Shown here piece after piece: positions 47,139-57,576 of a DNA stretch of 64,000 nucleotides. Origin of the DNA: Gemmatimonadota bacterium (lineage in GTDB: Bacteria; Gemmatimonadota; Gemmatimonadetes; Gemmatimonadales; GWC2-71-9); the NCBI GenBank assembly GCA_039588295.1, contig JBDHAB010000021.1:9112-73111 (forward strand), read 5' to 3'. The notes below the pieces were generated by a model, which was given only the letters and a program-made list of their open reading frames with translations, was not told the DNA's origin and ran no database searches. Made by a program: the position numbers and the translations under genes. How positions within the stretch are numbered: position 1 is the stretch's first letter; each line of letters opens with the position of its first letter.

Positions 47139-49399
47139 CACGCATCCTCGTCGTCTGCGCAGCACTCTGTGTCGCTCGGGGGTTGGCGGCGCAACAGCCG
47201 ACCATCTCACCGCAACTCGAACGAGTCCTCGGGCGCGATACGCTGATTACGGTCTGGTTCTTCGGCGCGCCAGATCGATCACTCGACGACGTTGCACGCG
47301 TGGTGCTCGCGCTGAACGGGACCATTCGGCACCGAAGCCGATGGTTGCACGCCGTCTCAGCGCAGGTCCCGGCCCCCGCAATCAGCCTGGCCCGCACTCG
47401 CGGCGAGCTCCGCCACATCCAGCTCGTCGCGCGCTTCCGCGCGGCGCCAGAGCCATCGGCCGCGGCCCCGCTATCGCTCGGGCCGCCCGTGGGCGGAAGC
47501 GCCGCAGATACCGCCTACGGGCCGTCCGCCATGCCGCTCGAGCGCCTCAACCTGTTTCCCTTGGCTTCGCGCGGCGTCAAGGGAGCCGGGATCACGATCG
47601 CGGTATTCGACACCGGCTTCGAGACCGAGTTACCGGCCTTCGCGGCCACGAATGTGGCGGCACAGCACGACTTTGTATTCGGTGATTCGGTCGTGCGCAA
47701 CGAGCCGGCGGATGTCGCCACCGCATCACGCCATGGAACGGAGACGTGGTCGCTCCTTGGAGCAAGCGTCTTCGGACAGATCATCGGCATCGCTCCCGAA
47801 GCGGATTACCTCCTGGCAAAAACGGAAGACATCCGGTCGGAGACGAGGGTCGAGGAGGACCACTGGGTTGCGGCGATCGAATGGGCAGACTCGCTCGGGG
47901 CGCACGTCGTGAGCTCGAGTCTCTCCTACTTCGCGTTCGATGGCGGGTTCAGTTACCAGCCACAAGACCTCAACGGCGACGTCGCGGTGACGACCGTGGC
48001 GGCGGATTCCGCCGCCGCACGGGGGATCGTCGTCGTAACCGCCGGAGGCAACAGCGGACCGGGCTTCCGGACGGTTCTGACACCCGGGGACGCGGATTCG
48101 GCCCTCACGACCGGAGCAGAGGACTCGCTCGGAGTGCTTGCAAGCTTCAGTGCCCGTGGTCCGACCGCCGACGGGCGCCTCAAACCGGACTTCGTCGCCC
48201 CCGGTGTCAGCGTCTTCGTCGTCGACCCGACCTCGGGAACAGGATTCGCACGCGCGTCCGGCACCTCGTTCGGCACTCCCATCATCGCCGGCGCCGTTGC
48301 ACTGATCCGGCAACTCCATCCGACGTATTCGGCCGTCGATGTCATCGACGCGATGCGACGCACGGCGGACCAGCGCAACCAGCCCGACTCCAGTCGTGGC
48401 TGGGGGCGTCCCGATGCGGCCGCGGCGGCATTCTTCCCGCACGGGATCGTCGTGAGCGCCCCCGTGGTCTCGCAGCTGACTTCGGTCACCCCCGGTTTCA
48501 CCTGGACCGTTCCCGATGTTCCGGCAATCGCTTCCCCCGTGGAGTTCCGGTTGGCCGTCGCACGCGACTCGGCATTGACACTGATCGTGTTGGACACCGT
48601 GGTCTCGGCATCCCCGGTGACACTCGCGCCACAGAGTTCCGGCACCCAGCTGTGGTACAAGCTGACTGCCATCGCAGTGGATTCGGTACGCTTCGAGACA
48701 CCATCCACCGGCCGGTTCATCGTGCCGGCTTGGGTCGAGTTGCTCGAGCCCGACGGCCCGGACGGCACAACCGTCCGAGACCTGCGACCCACCTTCCGGT
48801 GGATATCCCCGGCTGCGTCGGCGCCACCAGGGCCGTTTCGCTACGACGTCATGATCGTTCGAGCCGACGACGGTGCGACGGAGCTCGAGGCGTTTGACCT
48901 CACCGCGACCCAGTTCGTCCCACCCCGCGATCTGGAGCGCAACACGCCGTATCGATGGAGCGTCATTGCACGGCTCGGTCAAGGGAGTTTCACCGCGGAG
49001 AGCCAAGGCACGTTTATCATCATCGATGAGTCCGCCCCACCCGCGACGCTGTTGTTCCAGAATTTCCCCAATCCGTTCCCCATCCAGGGCGGCGGTCGCG
49101 CGAGCACGTGCATCTGGTTTGATCTCGCATCGGATGGGCGGGTGCAGCTCGACATTCTCGACGTGCGAGGACACGTGGTGCGGAACCTCGTTCCGGGGAC
49201 GGCGTTCCCCGCCACCCTCCAGGCTGGGCGCCATGGAAGACCGGCGGTGGAAGGGACGGGGAGTTGCGACCCGCGACTCGAATGGGACGGTACGGCGTCC
49301 AGCGGCACAACGGTACCGCCAGGCGTCTACGTGATCCGGCTGCAGACCCCGGACGGATCCTTCTTCAAGCGAGTGGTGTTTCTCGGCGCAGGCCTCTGA
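47135..49399 (+). CDS. Secreted S8 (subtilisin-like) serine peptidase with a C-terminal FlgD-Ig/sorting-type domain (probable CTG start)
   Basis: Catalytic triad motifs VFDTG, HGT and GTSFGTP, plus oxyanion AGGN. C-terminal QNFPNPF...WDG...PGVY. Confidence 0.87.
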   Translation: MTRILVVCAALCVARGLAAQQPTISPQLERVLGRDTLITVWFFGAPDRSLDDVARVVLALNGTIRHRSRWLHAVSAQVPAPAISLARTRGELRHIQLVARFRAAPEPSAAAPLSLGPPVGGSAADTAYGPSAMPLERLNLFPLASRGVKGAGITIAVFDTGFETELPAFAATNVAAQHDFVFGDSVVRNEPADVATASRHGTETWSLLGASVFGQIIGIAPEADYLLAKTEDIRSETRVEEDHWVAAIEWADSLGAHVVSSSLSYFAFDGGFSYQPQDLNGDVAVTTVAADSAAARGIVVVTAGGNSGPGFRTVLTPGDADSALTTGAEDSLGVLASFSARGPTADGRLKPDFVAPGVSVFVVDPTSGTGFARASGTSFGTPIIAGAVALIRQLHPTYSAVDVIDAMRRTADQRNQPDSSRGWGRPDAAAAAFFPHGIVVSAPVVSQLTSVTPGFTWTVPDVPAIASPVEFRLAVARDSALTLIVLDTVVSASPVTLAPQSSGTQLWYKLTAIAVDSVRFETPSTGRFIVPAWVELLEPDGPDGTTVRDLRPTFRWISPAASAPPGPFRYDVMIVRADDGATELEAFDLTATQFVPPRDLERNTPYRWSVIARLGQGSFTAESQGTFIIIDESAPPATLLFQNFPNPFPIQGGGRASTCIWFDLASDGRVQLDILDVRGHVVRNLVPGTAFPATLQAGRHGRPAVEGTGSCDPRLEWDGTASSGTTVPPGVYVIRLQTPDGSFFKRVVFLGAGL

Positions 49400-49400
49400 G

Positions 49401-50159
49401 ATGGATCTCACCGTCCTGGGCAGCGGCACCGTCGCCCCCGAGAGGGACCGCACCCCCGCGGCGTACTGGGTCGACACCACGTCCGTGCAGTTGCTCCTGG
49501 ACTGCGGGTCGGGAACGCTCAATCGTGCGGTGACATTCGGGATCCCATGGGCCGACGCCACGCACGTGGCCGTGACACACTTCCACGTTGACCACTGGGG
49601 CGAGCTACCCCTCTTCCTCTTCGCCCTGCGTTGGGGAATCGAGCCGCCGCGAGCCGACCCGCTCATCGTGATTGGCCCTCGCGGGCTGCGCTCACGTCTC
49701 ACGATGCTGGCGGAGGCCTACGGCGCCTGGGTGACTGCTCCCGAGTTCGGCATCGAGATCGTAGAACTCGAGCCGGGGGCACACTTGGAGCTCGCACCCC
49801 ACGTGGAGCTGGAGGCATTCAAGACACCGCACACCGACGAGAGCGTGGCCTACGCCGTGCAGGACGGGACCGCACGGCTGGTGTACACTGGAGATACCGG
49901 GTTCGACGAGACCTTGGCCGACTGGGCCTCTGGCTGCAACCTCATGCTTGCGGAGTGCTCGCTCCCCGACGATCGCAAGATCGAGGGGCACCTCACACCC
50001 TCGTTGGCAGGCAAGCTCGCGCAACGCGCCGACACCCGCAGATTGGTGCTGACCCACTTCTATCCGGTTTTCGGAGACGTGGATCCTGCGGCCCTCGCGG
50101 CGGTACACTATGCAGGCGATGTGACCGCCGCCCGGGACGGCGATCGGTTCTCGCTCTGA
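49401..50159 (+). CDS. MBL-fold metallohydrolase (RNase Z-like)
   Basis: VLGSG, LDCGSG, THFHVDH, YTGDT and LVLTH. Confidence 0.85.
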   Translation: MDLTVLGSGTVAPERDRTPAAYWVDTTSVQLLLDCGSGTLNRAVTFGIPWADATHVAVTHFHVDHWGELPLFLFALRWGIEPPRADPLIVIGPRGLRSRLTMLAEAYGAWVTAPEFGIEIVELEPGAHLELAPHVELEAFKTPHTDESVAYAVQDGTARLVYTGDTGFDETLADWASGCNLMLAECSLPDDRKIEGHLTPSLAGKLAQRADTRRLVLTHFYPVFGDVDPAALAAVHYAGDVTAARDGDRFSL

Positions 50160-50190
50160 CCACGTCGCGCGGATATCTGCAGGAGGTTGG

Positions 50191-50832
50191 ATGGTTCGGT
50201 CCCTAACAATCTTTCTTCTCTGGGCAGCTCCTCTGCTCGGCCAGGACGCTCGCGCAGCGCTCGAACGGGCTGAGCGGACGTACCAGACGCTCTCGACGCT
50301 CACCGCTGAGTACCGACAGACCCTGGTGAACCCGATGCTGGGCGGCCCAGAACAATCGCGAGGTCTGCTCTTCCTTGCGCCTCCAAGCCGTTTTGCCATG
50401 CGGTTCACCGAGCCCGAAGGCGAGCGCATCGTGGCCGACGGTCAGTCGCTGTGGTTGTACGCTCCCAGCAGCGCTCCGCGCCAGGTGATCCGACGCCCGA
50501 TTCCGCGGGGTGGCATGGCGTCGCCGAACCTCATGGCGCAATTCGTGGATCGGCCGTTCGACCGGTACGACGTCGAGTATGCCGGCGTTGACACGCTTTC
50601 CGGCACGGTGGTCGATGTGGTCACGCTCCGGCCACAGGACCGAGGGCTGGGGTTCACGGTGGCCCAAATCGCGATCGCGCGAAGTGATGGGCTACTCCGT
50701 CGGATCGCGATCACAGAAGTCTCGGGTCAGCGCCGAACCTTGGTGTTCGACCGCCTGCGCGCCAATATTCCCATCGCCGCGGACGAGTTGCGCTTCGACA
50801 TTCCAACTGGCGTTCGCGTCGTCCAGCCGTAA
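50191..50832 (+). CDS. lolA: Outer-membrane lipoprotein carrier LolA-family protein
   Basis: Signal peptide. Y.Q...G...PSRF...P....IVADG..LW.Y and F..P.GV. AGGAGG RBS. Confidence 0.8.
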   Translation: MVRSLTIFLLWAAPLLGQDARAALERAERTYQTLSTLTAEYRQTLVNPMLGGPEQSRGLLFLAPPSRFAMRFTEPEGERIVADGQSLWLYAPSSAPRQVIRRPIPRGGMASPNLMAQFVDRPFDRYDVEYAGVDTLSGTVVDVVTLRPQDRGLGFTVAQIAIARSDGLLRRIAITEVSGQRRTLVFDRLRANIPIAADELRFDIPTGVRVVQP

Positions 50833-50929
50833 GACCGACCCGGGGGGGTGATACCCCACACGAACGAGGGCGAGCAGCCTTCCTTCAGCTGCTCGCCCTC
50901 CGCGCGTTCGACCCCACCGGGATGCACTC

Positions 50930-52555
50930 CTACGGAGTCTTGTCCGCCTCCTGCGTCTCGCGTTCCGCAAGCGCGAACAGCTCGGGCTGGGTCCCGACGG
51001 TCCGCAGGAGCTCGAGACCCTTCTGAACCTGCGGGTCGTTCTCGAGCCGCCGTAGGCTCTCGGATTCGCGACCGAACACATAGCGCTGCACTTCGTACGT
51101 GAACTGCTGATCGATGAGCCGCTGCGCGCCTCGAATCGCAGCACCGGACACGTCGATCCCTCGCTCGTCCAGGCGTCGGACCAGCTCCCATCGCATTTCG
51201 TTGGTCACCTGGAAGCGGGAGCTTTGCACGGCGTCGGCCCCCTTCAACTCCAACGCATAGCTCGTCATCACATCGCGATAAAGCGGGATCTGGGCCCCGA
51301 GGTCCTCCAGGAATTCCTGCTCGCTATCGAGCAGTGTGTCGGGATACACGGTGAGATCCGGACGAATGCCACCGCCACCACTCAGCAGTCGCCCGCCAGA
51401 CGTGCGAAACATGACCGAGTCACTCGGCGTCACTTCCGGCTGGACATCTTCCGACGCGTCAGCAACGAGGGCGGCCGTCGGGTCACGGCTGGGGCGCTGA
51501 ATCGTGCGACCACTCGGCGTGTACCACCTCGCCGTGGTGAGACGCAACGCCTGCTTACGACCCAACCGAAAGACCGTCTGCACCAGGCCCTTCCCGAACG
51601 TGGGGAGGCCAACGAGAAGTGCGCGGTCATAATCCTGAAGCGCCCCCGCGATAATCTCGGCGGCGCTCGCCGTTCCTCCGTTCACCAGCACGACGATCGG
51701 CATGTCCGGCCAACGCTGCTCTGCTCCGGCACGGTACGATTCGGTCGTGCCACGCGCCCTGCCGCGCGTCGACACGACCACCTTGCCCGGATCGAGGAAC
51801 AGGTCGGCAACTTCGACTCCTTGATCCAGGAGACCACCCGGGTTCGATCGCAGATCGAGGATCAGTGAGCGCGCCCCGCTGTCCCGGAGGCTGTCGACGG
51901 CCTGGGCCAACTCGCCCGCGATCGTCTCGCTGATGTTGGAATAGACGAGCGAAACGTACCCGATGTCGGGCTCGATGATCGTCGCGAGCTGGATCTGCTT
52001 CACGTGAATCTCAGCGCGTGTGATGGTAACCTCGAACGGCTCCGGAATGCCGGGCCGGGCAACCCTGATCGTCACCTCTGTGTCAGGCTCACCTCGGAGT
52101 TCCCGGACCGCCTTGTCGTCCTTCCAGCCAAACGTCGATTCTCCATCGACGCTCACGATTCGGTCTCCCGTTTCGAGACCGGCCTCGTCCGCTGGCGTCG
52201 CCGCAATAGGGGCAATCACGGTAATCCAGCCGTCGCGGACGTCGATCCGTATGCCGAGACCACCGTAGTTGCCTGTCGTGCTCTCGGTCAGCTCGTCGAA
52301 ATCTCGTTCCCGGAGGAAGCGGGCGTAGGGGTCGTCGAGCCGATCCAACAGACCGTCGATCGCCTTATCGTAGAGTTGGGCCTCGCTCACAGAATCGACG
52401 TAGAAGTCGGCAACATACCCAAGCACGTCGTCGAACAGCCGGGCCTGCTGGTAGACGTTGCCCGCCTGGGCGGTCCCGCGCTGCAACAGCCATCCGCCCG
52501 AAACGAACGAGACGAGGCCCACTAGCGCGAGCAACATGATTCGCTGACCCTTCAT
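50930..52555 (-). CDS. ctpA: S41 C-terminal processing peptidase
   Basis: LDDPY, PDZ domain (GLGI), DLRSNPGG, TASAAEI and TFGKGLVQ. Confidence 0.93.
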   Translation of the reverse strand: MKGQRIMLLALVGLVSFVSGGWLLQRGTAQAGNVYQQARLFDDVLGYVADFYVDSVSEAQLYDKAIDGLLDRLDDPYARFLRERDFDELTESTTGNYGGLGIRIDVRDGWITVIAPIAATPADEAGLETGDRIVSVDGESTFGWKDDKAVRELRGEPDTEVTIRVARPGIPEPFEVTITRAEIHVKQIQLATIIEPDIGYVSLVYSNISETIAGELAQAVDSLRDSGARSLILDLRSNPGGLLDQGVEVADLFLDPGKVVVSTRGRARGTTESYRAGAEQRWPDMPIVVLVNGGTASAAEIIAGALQDYDRALLVGLPTFGKGLVQTVFRLGRKQALRLTTARWYTPSGRTIQRPSRDPTAALVADASEDVQPEVTPSDSVMFRTSGGRLLSGGGGIRPDLTVYPDTLLDSEQEFLEDLGAQIPLYRDVMTSYALELKGADAVQSSRFQVTNEMRWELVRRLDERGIDVSGAAIRGAQRLIDQQFTYEVQRYVFGRESESLRRLENDPQVQKGLELLRTVGTQPELFALAERETQEADKTP

Positions 52556-52595
52556 TGCATTCCTCCCACGCGATTCAGCACCGATTCAGACGAGC

Positions 52596-53243
52596 TCAAC
52601 TGTCTGTTGAACCCATCGCTCCCTCCTCTGTTCCGCGAAGTCGTGCCCGGAGTTTCCCCCAGGCAGCCTCTTCTACTGCACCGGGCGGCTGCGTCGCGTC
52701 GAGATGCACCACGTCGGACCCACCGGCATCCAGGTAGAAGCGCGCCACGCGTTCGTGCAACGCCGAATCCTCCAGCTCCATCCGGTCGGGACGCTTGCCC
52801 TGCGCCAGCTGGCGCTCCCGCCCCACCGCCGGCGGCACATCCAGCACGAACGTAAGATCCGGGCGCAAGCCGCCGGTCGCCAGCCGATTCGCCGCGAGGA
52901 CGTCCGACGACAGGAGCCCCCGGCCGGCCACCTGGTACGCCTCAGTGGACAGGTCGAACCGGTCACCGATGATCACCGATCCTCGAGCGAGCTGTGGGCG
53001 GAGCACCTTCTCCACCAGCTCGGCTCGCGCCGCCAGCACCAGGAACAGTTCGCCAACCGCCGTCCAGTCCCTGGCTGGATCCCACACGAGTGCGCGTGCT
53101 GCCTCCGCGGTCTCCGTACCTCCGGGTTCCCGAACCTCCAGCACCTCGAGCCCGGCAGACCGAGCCCGCCGGGCCAATCCCTGCGCCAGGGTGGTCTTCC
53201 CCGCCCCATCGGGCCCTTCGACGACGACGAACAGGCCATGCAC
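52596..53243 (-). CDS. tmk: Thymidylate kinase
   Basis: EGPDGAGKTT, REPGG, DRF..ST.AYQ and PDLT. Confidence 0.95.
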   Translation of the reverse strand: MHGLFVVVEGPDGAGKTTLAQGLARRARSAGLEVLEVREPGGTETAEAARALVWDPARDWTAVGELFLVLAARAELVEKVLRPQLARGSVIIGDRFDLSTEAYQVAGRGLLSSDVLAANRLATGGLRPDLTFVLDVPPAVGRERQLAQGKRPDRMELEDSALHERVARFYLDAGGSDVVHLDATQPPGAVEEAAWGKLRARLRGTEEGAMGSTDS

Positions 53244-53256
53244 CGAAGCGCCTCGC

Positions 53257-53610
53257 CTAACCCAGCGTGATGATGCGGCTCTCCGCGCCCTTTTGCATAC
53301 CTTCCATGATCTGCTCCTGGACGCGCAGCATCAGTTTGTCAAAGTTGGACTGCGAGGCCACCAGCCCCTGATAGGCAGGATTCGCCTGCACGTCCCCGAG
53401 CAGCTGCTCGTACTGTTCCGTTTCCGCCGAGTCGGGTTGGGTGCCTTCGGCGATCGTTCGCTCCAACTGGCTCGCGAGGCCCTCCAGCCGTTCGAGCTGC
53501 TGCTGGAGGTCCTTGTCCTCAGCAAGCGCGGCCCGTGCCCGGTGGAGCGCTTTGAACTCCTCACCCTGGCCAATGAGCTTGCCCAGTTCCTGCGCCTTTT
53601 CTCCGATCAC
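53257..53610 (-). CDS. YlbF/YmcA-family helical protein
   Basis: IGEKAQELGKLI...EF...NP.Y..L...Q pattern. AAGGAG RBS. Confidence 0.72.
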   Translation of the reverse strand: MIGEKAQELGKLIGQGEEFKALHRARAALAEDKDLQQQLERLEGLASQLERTIAEGTQPDSAETEQYEQLLGDVQANPAYQGLVASQSNFDKLMLRVQEQIMEGMQKGAESRIITLG

Positions 53611-53615
53611 GTACC

Positions 53616-54497
53616 CTACTCCTTGATCACTACGAGGTATCGCTCTCTTCCGAACATATCCCGTTCCAACCTGCTATCCCCCCACCCGTGCCGGTGCGCC
53701 ATCTCGAGCGCGCTGCGCGCCCGCGTGGCGTCCACCTCTAGCGCGAGCATACCGCCATCGCCCAGGTACGCCGGCGCTTCCCGGAGCATTCGTCGCACGT
53801 GCTCCATACCGGCAGCCCCACTCACCAAGGCAAGGCGCGGCTCGAAGCAACGCACTGACGGTGCCAAGGCTGCGAACTCCGACGCTGAAACGTACGGGGG
53901 GTTGGAGATGATCACCGCGAATCGTTCTCCGACGAGCGGCTCGAAGAACGGCCCATGCCGTAGTTCGACCGGAACCGGTGGCGCCACGCGGTGGAGGTTT
54001 TCGTTGGCAACCTCGAGCGCCGCTCGTGAGAGATCCGTCGCCACCACGCGGGCGAATCGCCCCTCCACCGCGAGGCTCAGCCCGATGCAACCGCTGCCCG
54101 TCCCCACATCCGCCACGGCGCCCCACGACGCTGCACCCGCAGTGCGAGAGGCCCACGCGAGCACAAGGTCGACGAGCCCCTCCGTCTCAGGACGCGGGAT
54201 CAGCACACGGGCGTCCACCCACAACTCCAGCGTGCGGAACCCGACCGTACCGATCACGTACGCCAAGGGCTCCCCTGCGGCGCGGCGTGCCACCGCTGCC
54301 CGATACCGCTCGAGCGCCGCCGGCGACACCGAACGTGGGCGTTCCAGCCACGTCTGTCCCACGGTCGTCCGGGCCACACCGGCCCAGAGCCATGCTGCCT
54401 GTCGGCGCGCGTTCGGGAGACCCGCGGCGCACAGCGTTTCGGCGGCCGTATCGAGCACGCTGCCCAGCGCCGGTACCGCGGCAAGCTCAGACTTCAA
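53616..54497 (-). CDS. prmC: Release factor glutamine methyltransferase
   Basis: GEPLAYVIG, LIPRPETE, DVGTGSGCI and NPPY. TTG start overlaps the prfA end. Confidence 0.95.
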   Translation of the reverse strand: MKSELAAVPALGSVLDTAAETLCAAGLPNARRQAAWLWAGVARTTVGQTWLERPRSVSPAALERYRAAVARRAAGEPLAYVIGTVGFRTLELWVDARVLIPRPETEGLVDLVLAWASRTAGAASWGAVADVGTGSGCIGLSLAVEGRFARVVATDLSRAALEVANENLHRVAPPVPVELRHGPFFEPLVGERFAVIISNPPYVSASEFAALAPSVRCFEPRLALVSGAAGMEHVRRMLREAPAYLGDGGMLALEVDATRARSALEMAHRHGWGDSRLERDMFGRERYLVVIKE

Positions 54498-55545
54498 CGT
54501 GTTCAGCACGCTTGGCGTCACGGAGGCCATCAACGATCGCATCGAGCTCACCGTCGAGGATCTCCTCCAAACGATGTAGCGTGAGACCGATTCGGTGATC
54601 CGTAACGCGGTTCTGCGGGAAGTTGTACGTGCGGATCTTTCCCGACCGGTCGCCGGTGCCAACCATCGCGCGGCGCTCCCGCGCCCGCGCGGCCTCCTGA
54701 TCGGCAATGATCCGGTCGAGCAGCCGGGCGCGGAGCACTTCCATCGCCCGCAGCTTATTCTGCAACTGGGACTTCTGGTCCTGGCACTGCACCACGAGCC
54801 CGGTCGGGAGGTGGGTGATCCGCACGGCACTGTCGGTCGTGTTGACGCTCTGGCCCCCCGGCCCCGATGAGCGAAACACGTCGATCTTCAGGTCCTTGTC
54901 ATCGATCCGCACGTCGACCTCCTCCGCCTCGGGCAACACGGCCACGGTCGCTGCCGACGTATGGATCCTCCCCTGCGCTTCCGTGGCTGGGACCCGCTGT
55001 ACCCGGTGAACCCCAGATTCATAGCGCAACCGGCCGAATGCTTCGTCGCCTCGAACCTTGAAGATCGCTTCCTTCACGCCACCGACGTTGCCCTCGGAGA
55101 CCGAGACCATCTCGATCCCCCACCCGGATCGCTCCGCATACCGTGTATACATTCGGAGCAAATCGGCTGCAAACAGGGCCGCCTCGTCGCCCCCGGTGCC
55201 CGCACGGATCTCCACGATCGTCCCTCGATCGTCCAGCGGGTCTCGGGGAGTCAGGAGATCACGGAGTTGCGCCTCCACGTGTTCGATCTCGGGACCCACG
55301 CGCTCCATGTCGGTACGCGCGAGTTCGGCCAACTGCGGATCGGCATCCTGCAGCAGCCCCGCTGCCTGCTCCCGTTCGCTGCAGAGCTTTTCGTACTGGG
55401 TCGCTAGCCGCTTGATCCGCTCGAGGCGAGCGTGCTCGCGTCCGAGCGCTCGGAGCTTGGCGGGATCGCGTGCGGTGGCGGGTTCGGCGAGTTCGCGTTC
55501 GACCTCGGCCGCGCGGGCAAGCGCGGCGTGGAGCCGCGCTTCCAT
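54487..55545 (-). CDS. prfA: Peptide chain release factor 1
   Basis: EIRAGTGGDEAALF, PAT anticodon-mimic motif, GGQ and RTYNFPQ. Confidence 0.97.
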   Translation of the reverse strand: MEARLHAALARAAEVERELAEPATARDPAKLRALGREHARLERIKRLATQYEKLCSEREQAAGLLQDADPQLAELARTDMERVGPEIEHVEAQLRDLLTPRDPLDDRGTIVEIRAGTGGDEAALFAADLLRMYTRYAERSGWGIEMVSVSEGNVGGVKEAIFKVRGDEAFGRLRYESGVHRVQRVPATEAQGRIHTSAATVAVLPEAEEVDVRIDDKDLKIDVFRSSGPGGQSVNTTDSAVRITHLPTGLVVQCQDQKSQLQNKLRAMEVLRARLLDRIIADQEAARARERRAMVGTGDRSGKIRTYNFPQNRVTDHRIGLTLHRLEEILDGELDAIVDGLRDAKRAEHVEV

Positions 55546-55551
55546 GGCTCG

Positions 55552-55770
55552 TTACGCTCCCGAGCTCTGCTCGGCGGTCGAATACCGCTGGCGGAAGCGC
55601 TCCACCCGACCCGCCGTGTCGACCAGCTTCTGCCGCCCGGTGAAAAACGGATGGCACCGAGCACAGATCTCCACATGGATCGACGGGATGGTCGAACGCG
55701 TCTCGAAGGTGTTGCCGCAGGCGCACTGCACCACTACGCGCTGATACTTGGGGTGAATCCCGGCTTTCAC
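55552..55770 (-). CDS. rpmE: 50S ribosomal protein L31 (Zn-binding type)
   Basis: IHP.Y, CACG, C..CHPFFTG and GRVERF. Confidence 0.97.
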   Translation of the reverse strand: MKAGIHPKYQRVVVQCACGNTFETRSTIPSIHVEICARCHPFFTGRQKLVDTAGRVERFRQRYSTAEQSSGA

Positions 55771-55810
55771 TACTACCTACTCCGTCAAAAGGCAAGTCTA
55801 AAGAGCGCGA

Positions 55811-55840
55811 AATATAACGGCCGCAGGGACTTGGGAGCAA
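55811..55840 (-). promoter_or_regulatory. Putative sigma70 promoter for rpmE-prfA-prmC
   Basis: TTGCTC-N18-TATATT on the minus strand. Confidence 0.4.
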
Positions 55841-55860
55841 GGACGGCGCCGGTAATTCGA

Positions 55861-55889
55861 TTGACAGGTCCCCAGCCGCGGCGTAAGCT
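55861..55889 (+). promoter_or_regulatory. Near-consensus sigma70 promoter for the Crp-family gene
   Basis: TTGACA-N17-TAAGCT, ending 10 nt before the ATG at 55900. Confidence 0.65.
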
Positions 55890-55899
55890 AGGCCTTGCC

Positions 55900-56598
55900 A
55901 TGTCCGACGTCCAATCCGCCGGCATCCCGCCGGTCGCCGAGCGCTTGCGCAACGTTCCGCTGTTCACGCATTTGGACGATGCAGAACTGACTCGCCTTGC
56001 CCGTGCGGCACGGGAAAAGAACTACCCAAAGGGCAGCGTCATCGTGTTCGAGGAGGACCCTGGGGACGCGCTGTACGTCGTGCTCTCGGGTCAGGTGAAG
56101 GTGGTGTTGATTGGCGACGACGGGCGAGAGGTCATTCTCTCGATTCTCAAGAAGGGCGATTTCTTTGGAGAGATGTCGCTCATCGACGACCAGCCACGGT
56201 CGGCCCACGTCATTGCGACTACCCGCGCCAACCTCCTCGTGTTGCGCCGAGACGAGTTCCACCAGTGCCTCGCGGACAGTCCCGGGATTTCCCTGGGCTT
56301 GCTCCAAGCGCTCTCGCGTCGACTGCGGAGGGCCGACGACAAGATCGGCAGTCTCGTTCTGCTGGACGTGAACGGCCGGATCGCACGGCTATTGCTCGAG
56401 CTCGCCGACGAGCACGACGGCCAACGCATCCCTCGCAAAGTCACACATCACACCCTCGCACAGATGATCGGCTCGACCCGGGAGACCGTGTCGCGCACCT
56501 TGCGCGAATTCACCGATCAGAAGCTCCTCGAAATCTCGCGCGAGAGCATCACGGTCGTTGACCGACCCCGTCTCGAGGCATTGGCTGGCCTGTCGTGA
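55900..56598 (+). CDS. Crp/Fnr-family transcriptional regulator with an intact cNMP pocket
   Basis: FFGEMSL...PRSA phosphate-binding cassette. HTH GSTRETVSR. Confidence 0.93.
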   Translation: MSDVQSAGIPPVAERLRNVPLFTHLDDAELTRLARAAREKNYPKGSVIVFEEDPGDALYVVLSGQVKVVLIGDDGREVILSILKKGDFFGEMSLIDDQPRSAHVIATTRANLLVLRRDEFHQCLADSPGISLGLLQALSRRLRRADDKIGSLVLLDVNGRIARLLLELADEHDGQRIPRKVTHHTLAQMIGSTRETVSRTLREFTDQKLLEISRESITVVDRPRLEALAGLS

Positions 56599-56687
56599 GC
56601 GATGTCACCGGCCGAGGGTGATGGCCCGTCTTGCAGCCGGACCTCTGCGATCCCTAGCTTGAACGGATTAGCCATGGGACGAGGCTT

Positions 56688-57560
56688 GTGCAGTACACGC
56701 TAACGATCTGGGGCGCCAGGGGCTCGATCCCCACCCCCGGCGAACCCACAGCTCGGTACGGCGGGAACACGTCTTGCATCTCGGTGGAGCGAGATGACGC
56801 AGACGGCAAGCGGCTGGTCGTACTGGATGCCGGAACCGGTATCCGGCCTCTCGGAAACGCGCTGACTGAGCGTGACCAGGGAGTAGACGTCGACCTGCTG
56901 CTGACGCACACGCATTGGGATCACATCCAAGGGGTTCCGTTCTTCGCGCCGATCTTCGTCGAGGGGAACGGCGTGCGGGTCTGGGGATCGAAGCAGGGGG
57001 ATGTCGACCTGGAAGTCATTCTGCAGCAGCAGATGCATCCGGTCGTCTTCCCGGTCCCGTTGGAGCAGCTGGCTGCCGAGTTGCGGGTGGAGCACGTGAC
57101 GCCCGGTGCATTCGACATTGAAGGATTCGCCGTGCAAGCGCTCCGGTTGCGGCACCCTGGGGATACGCTCGCGTACCGGTTGACGCCGGTGGGAGGAGGC
57201 GCGACCCTCGCGTACGTGACCGACAACGAGCTGGGGTCAGGCGGCAGCTATCCTGTGGGGGCGAACTGGCGGTCGGACCTCGTCGAGTATGTTGGCGGGG
57301 TCGACCTGTTGATTCACGATGCGATGTATACGCCGGATGATATCGAGCAGCACCGTGGCTGGGGACACTCCTGCTATACCGAGGCGGTGGCGCTCGCGGT
57401 CGAGGCGGGGGTGAAACGACTGTTGCTGTTCCACCACCGGCCCGAGCGGGACGACCGGGCCATGGACGAGCTGCTGCAGGCGGCCCAGCGGGCGGCACAG
57501 CAATCAGGACACGACATCGAAGTGGTTGCGGCAGCGGAAGGGATGCAACTGACCCTCTGA
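56688..57560 (+). CDS. MBL-fold metallohydrolase (possible phosphodiesterase)
   Basis: [46 protein letters not shown] and FHH.P. Confidence 0.87.
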   Translation: MQYTLTIWGARGSIPTPGEPTARYGGNTSCISVERDDADGKRLVVLDAGTGIRPLGNALTERDQGVDVDLLLTHTHWDHIQGVPFFAPIFVEGNGVRVWGSKQGDVDLEVILQQQMHPVVFPVPLEQLAAELRVEHVTPGAFDIEGFAVQALRLRHPGDTLAYRLTPVGGGATLAYVTDNELGSGGSYPVGANWRSDLVEYVGGVDLLIHDAMYTPDDIEQHRGWGHSCYTEAVALAVEAGVKRLLLFHHRPERDDRAMDELLQAAQRAAQQSGHDIEVVAAAEGMQLTL

Positions 57561-57576
57561 GGAGAGAGGAACCCAT

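Noticed and set aside
55771..56687. CRP-type TGTGA-N6-TCACA operator near the Crp gene or its module
   Set aside because: No convincing palindrome was found by eye. TCACC/GGTGA near 56606-56622 looks more like a small hairpin.
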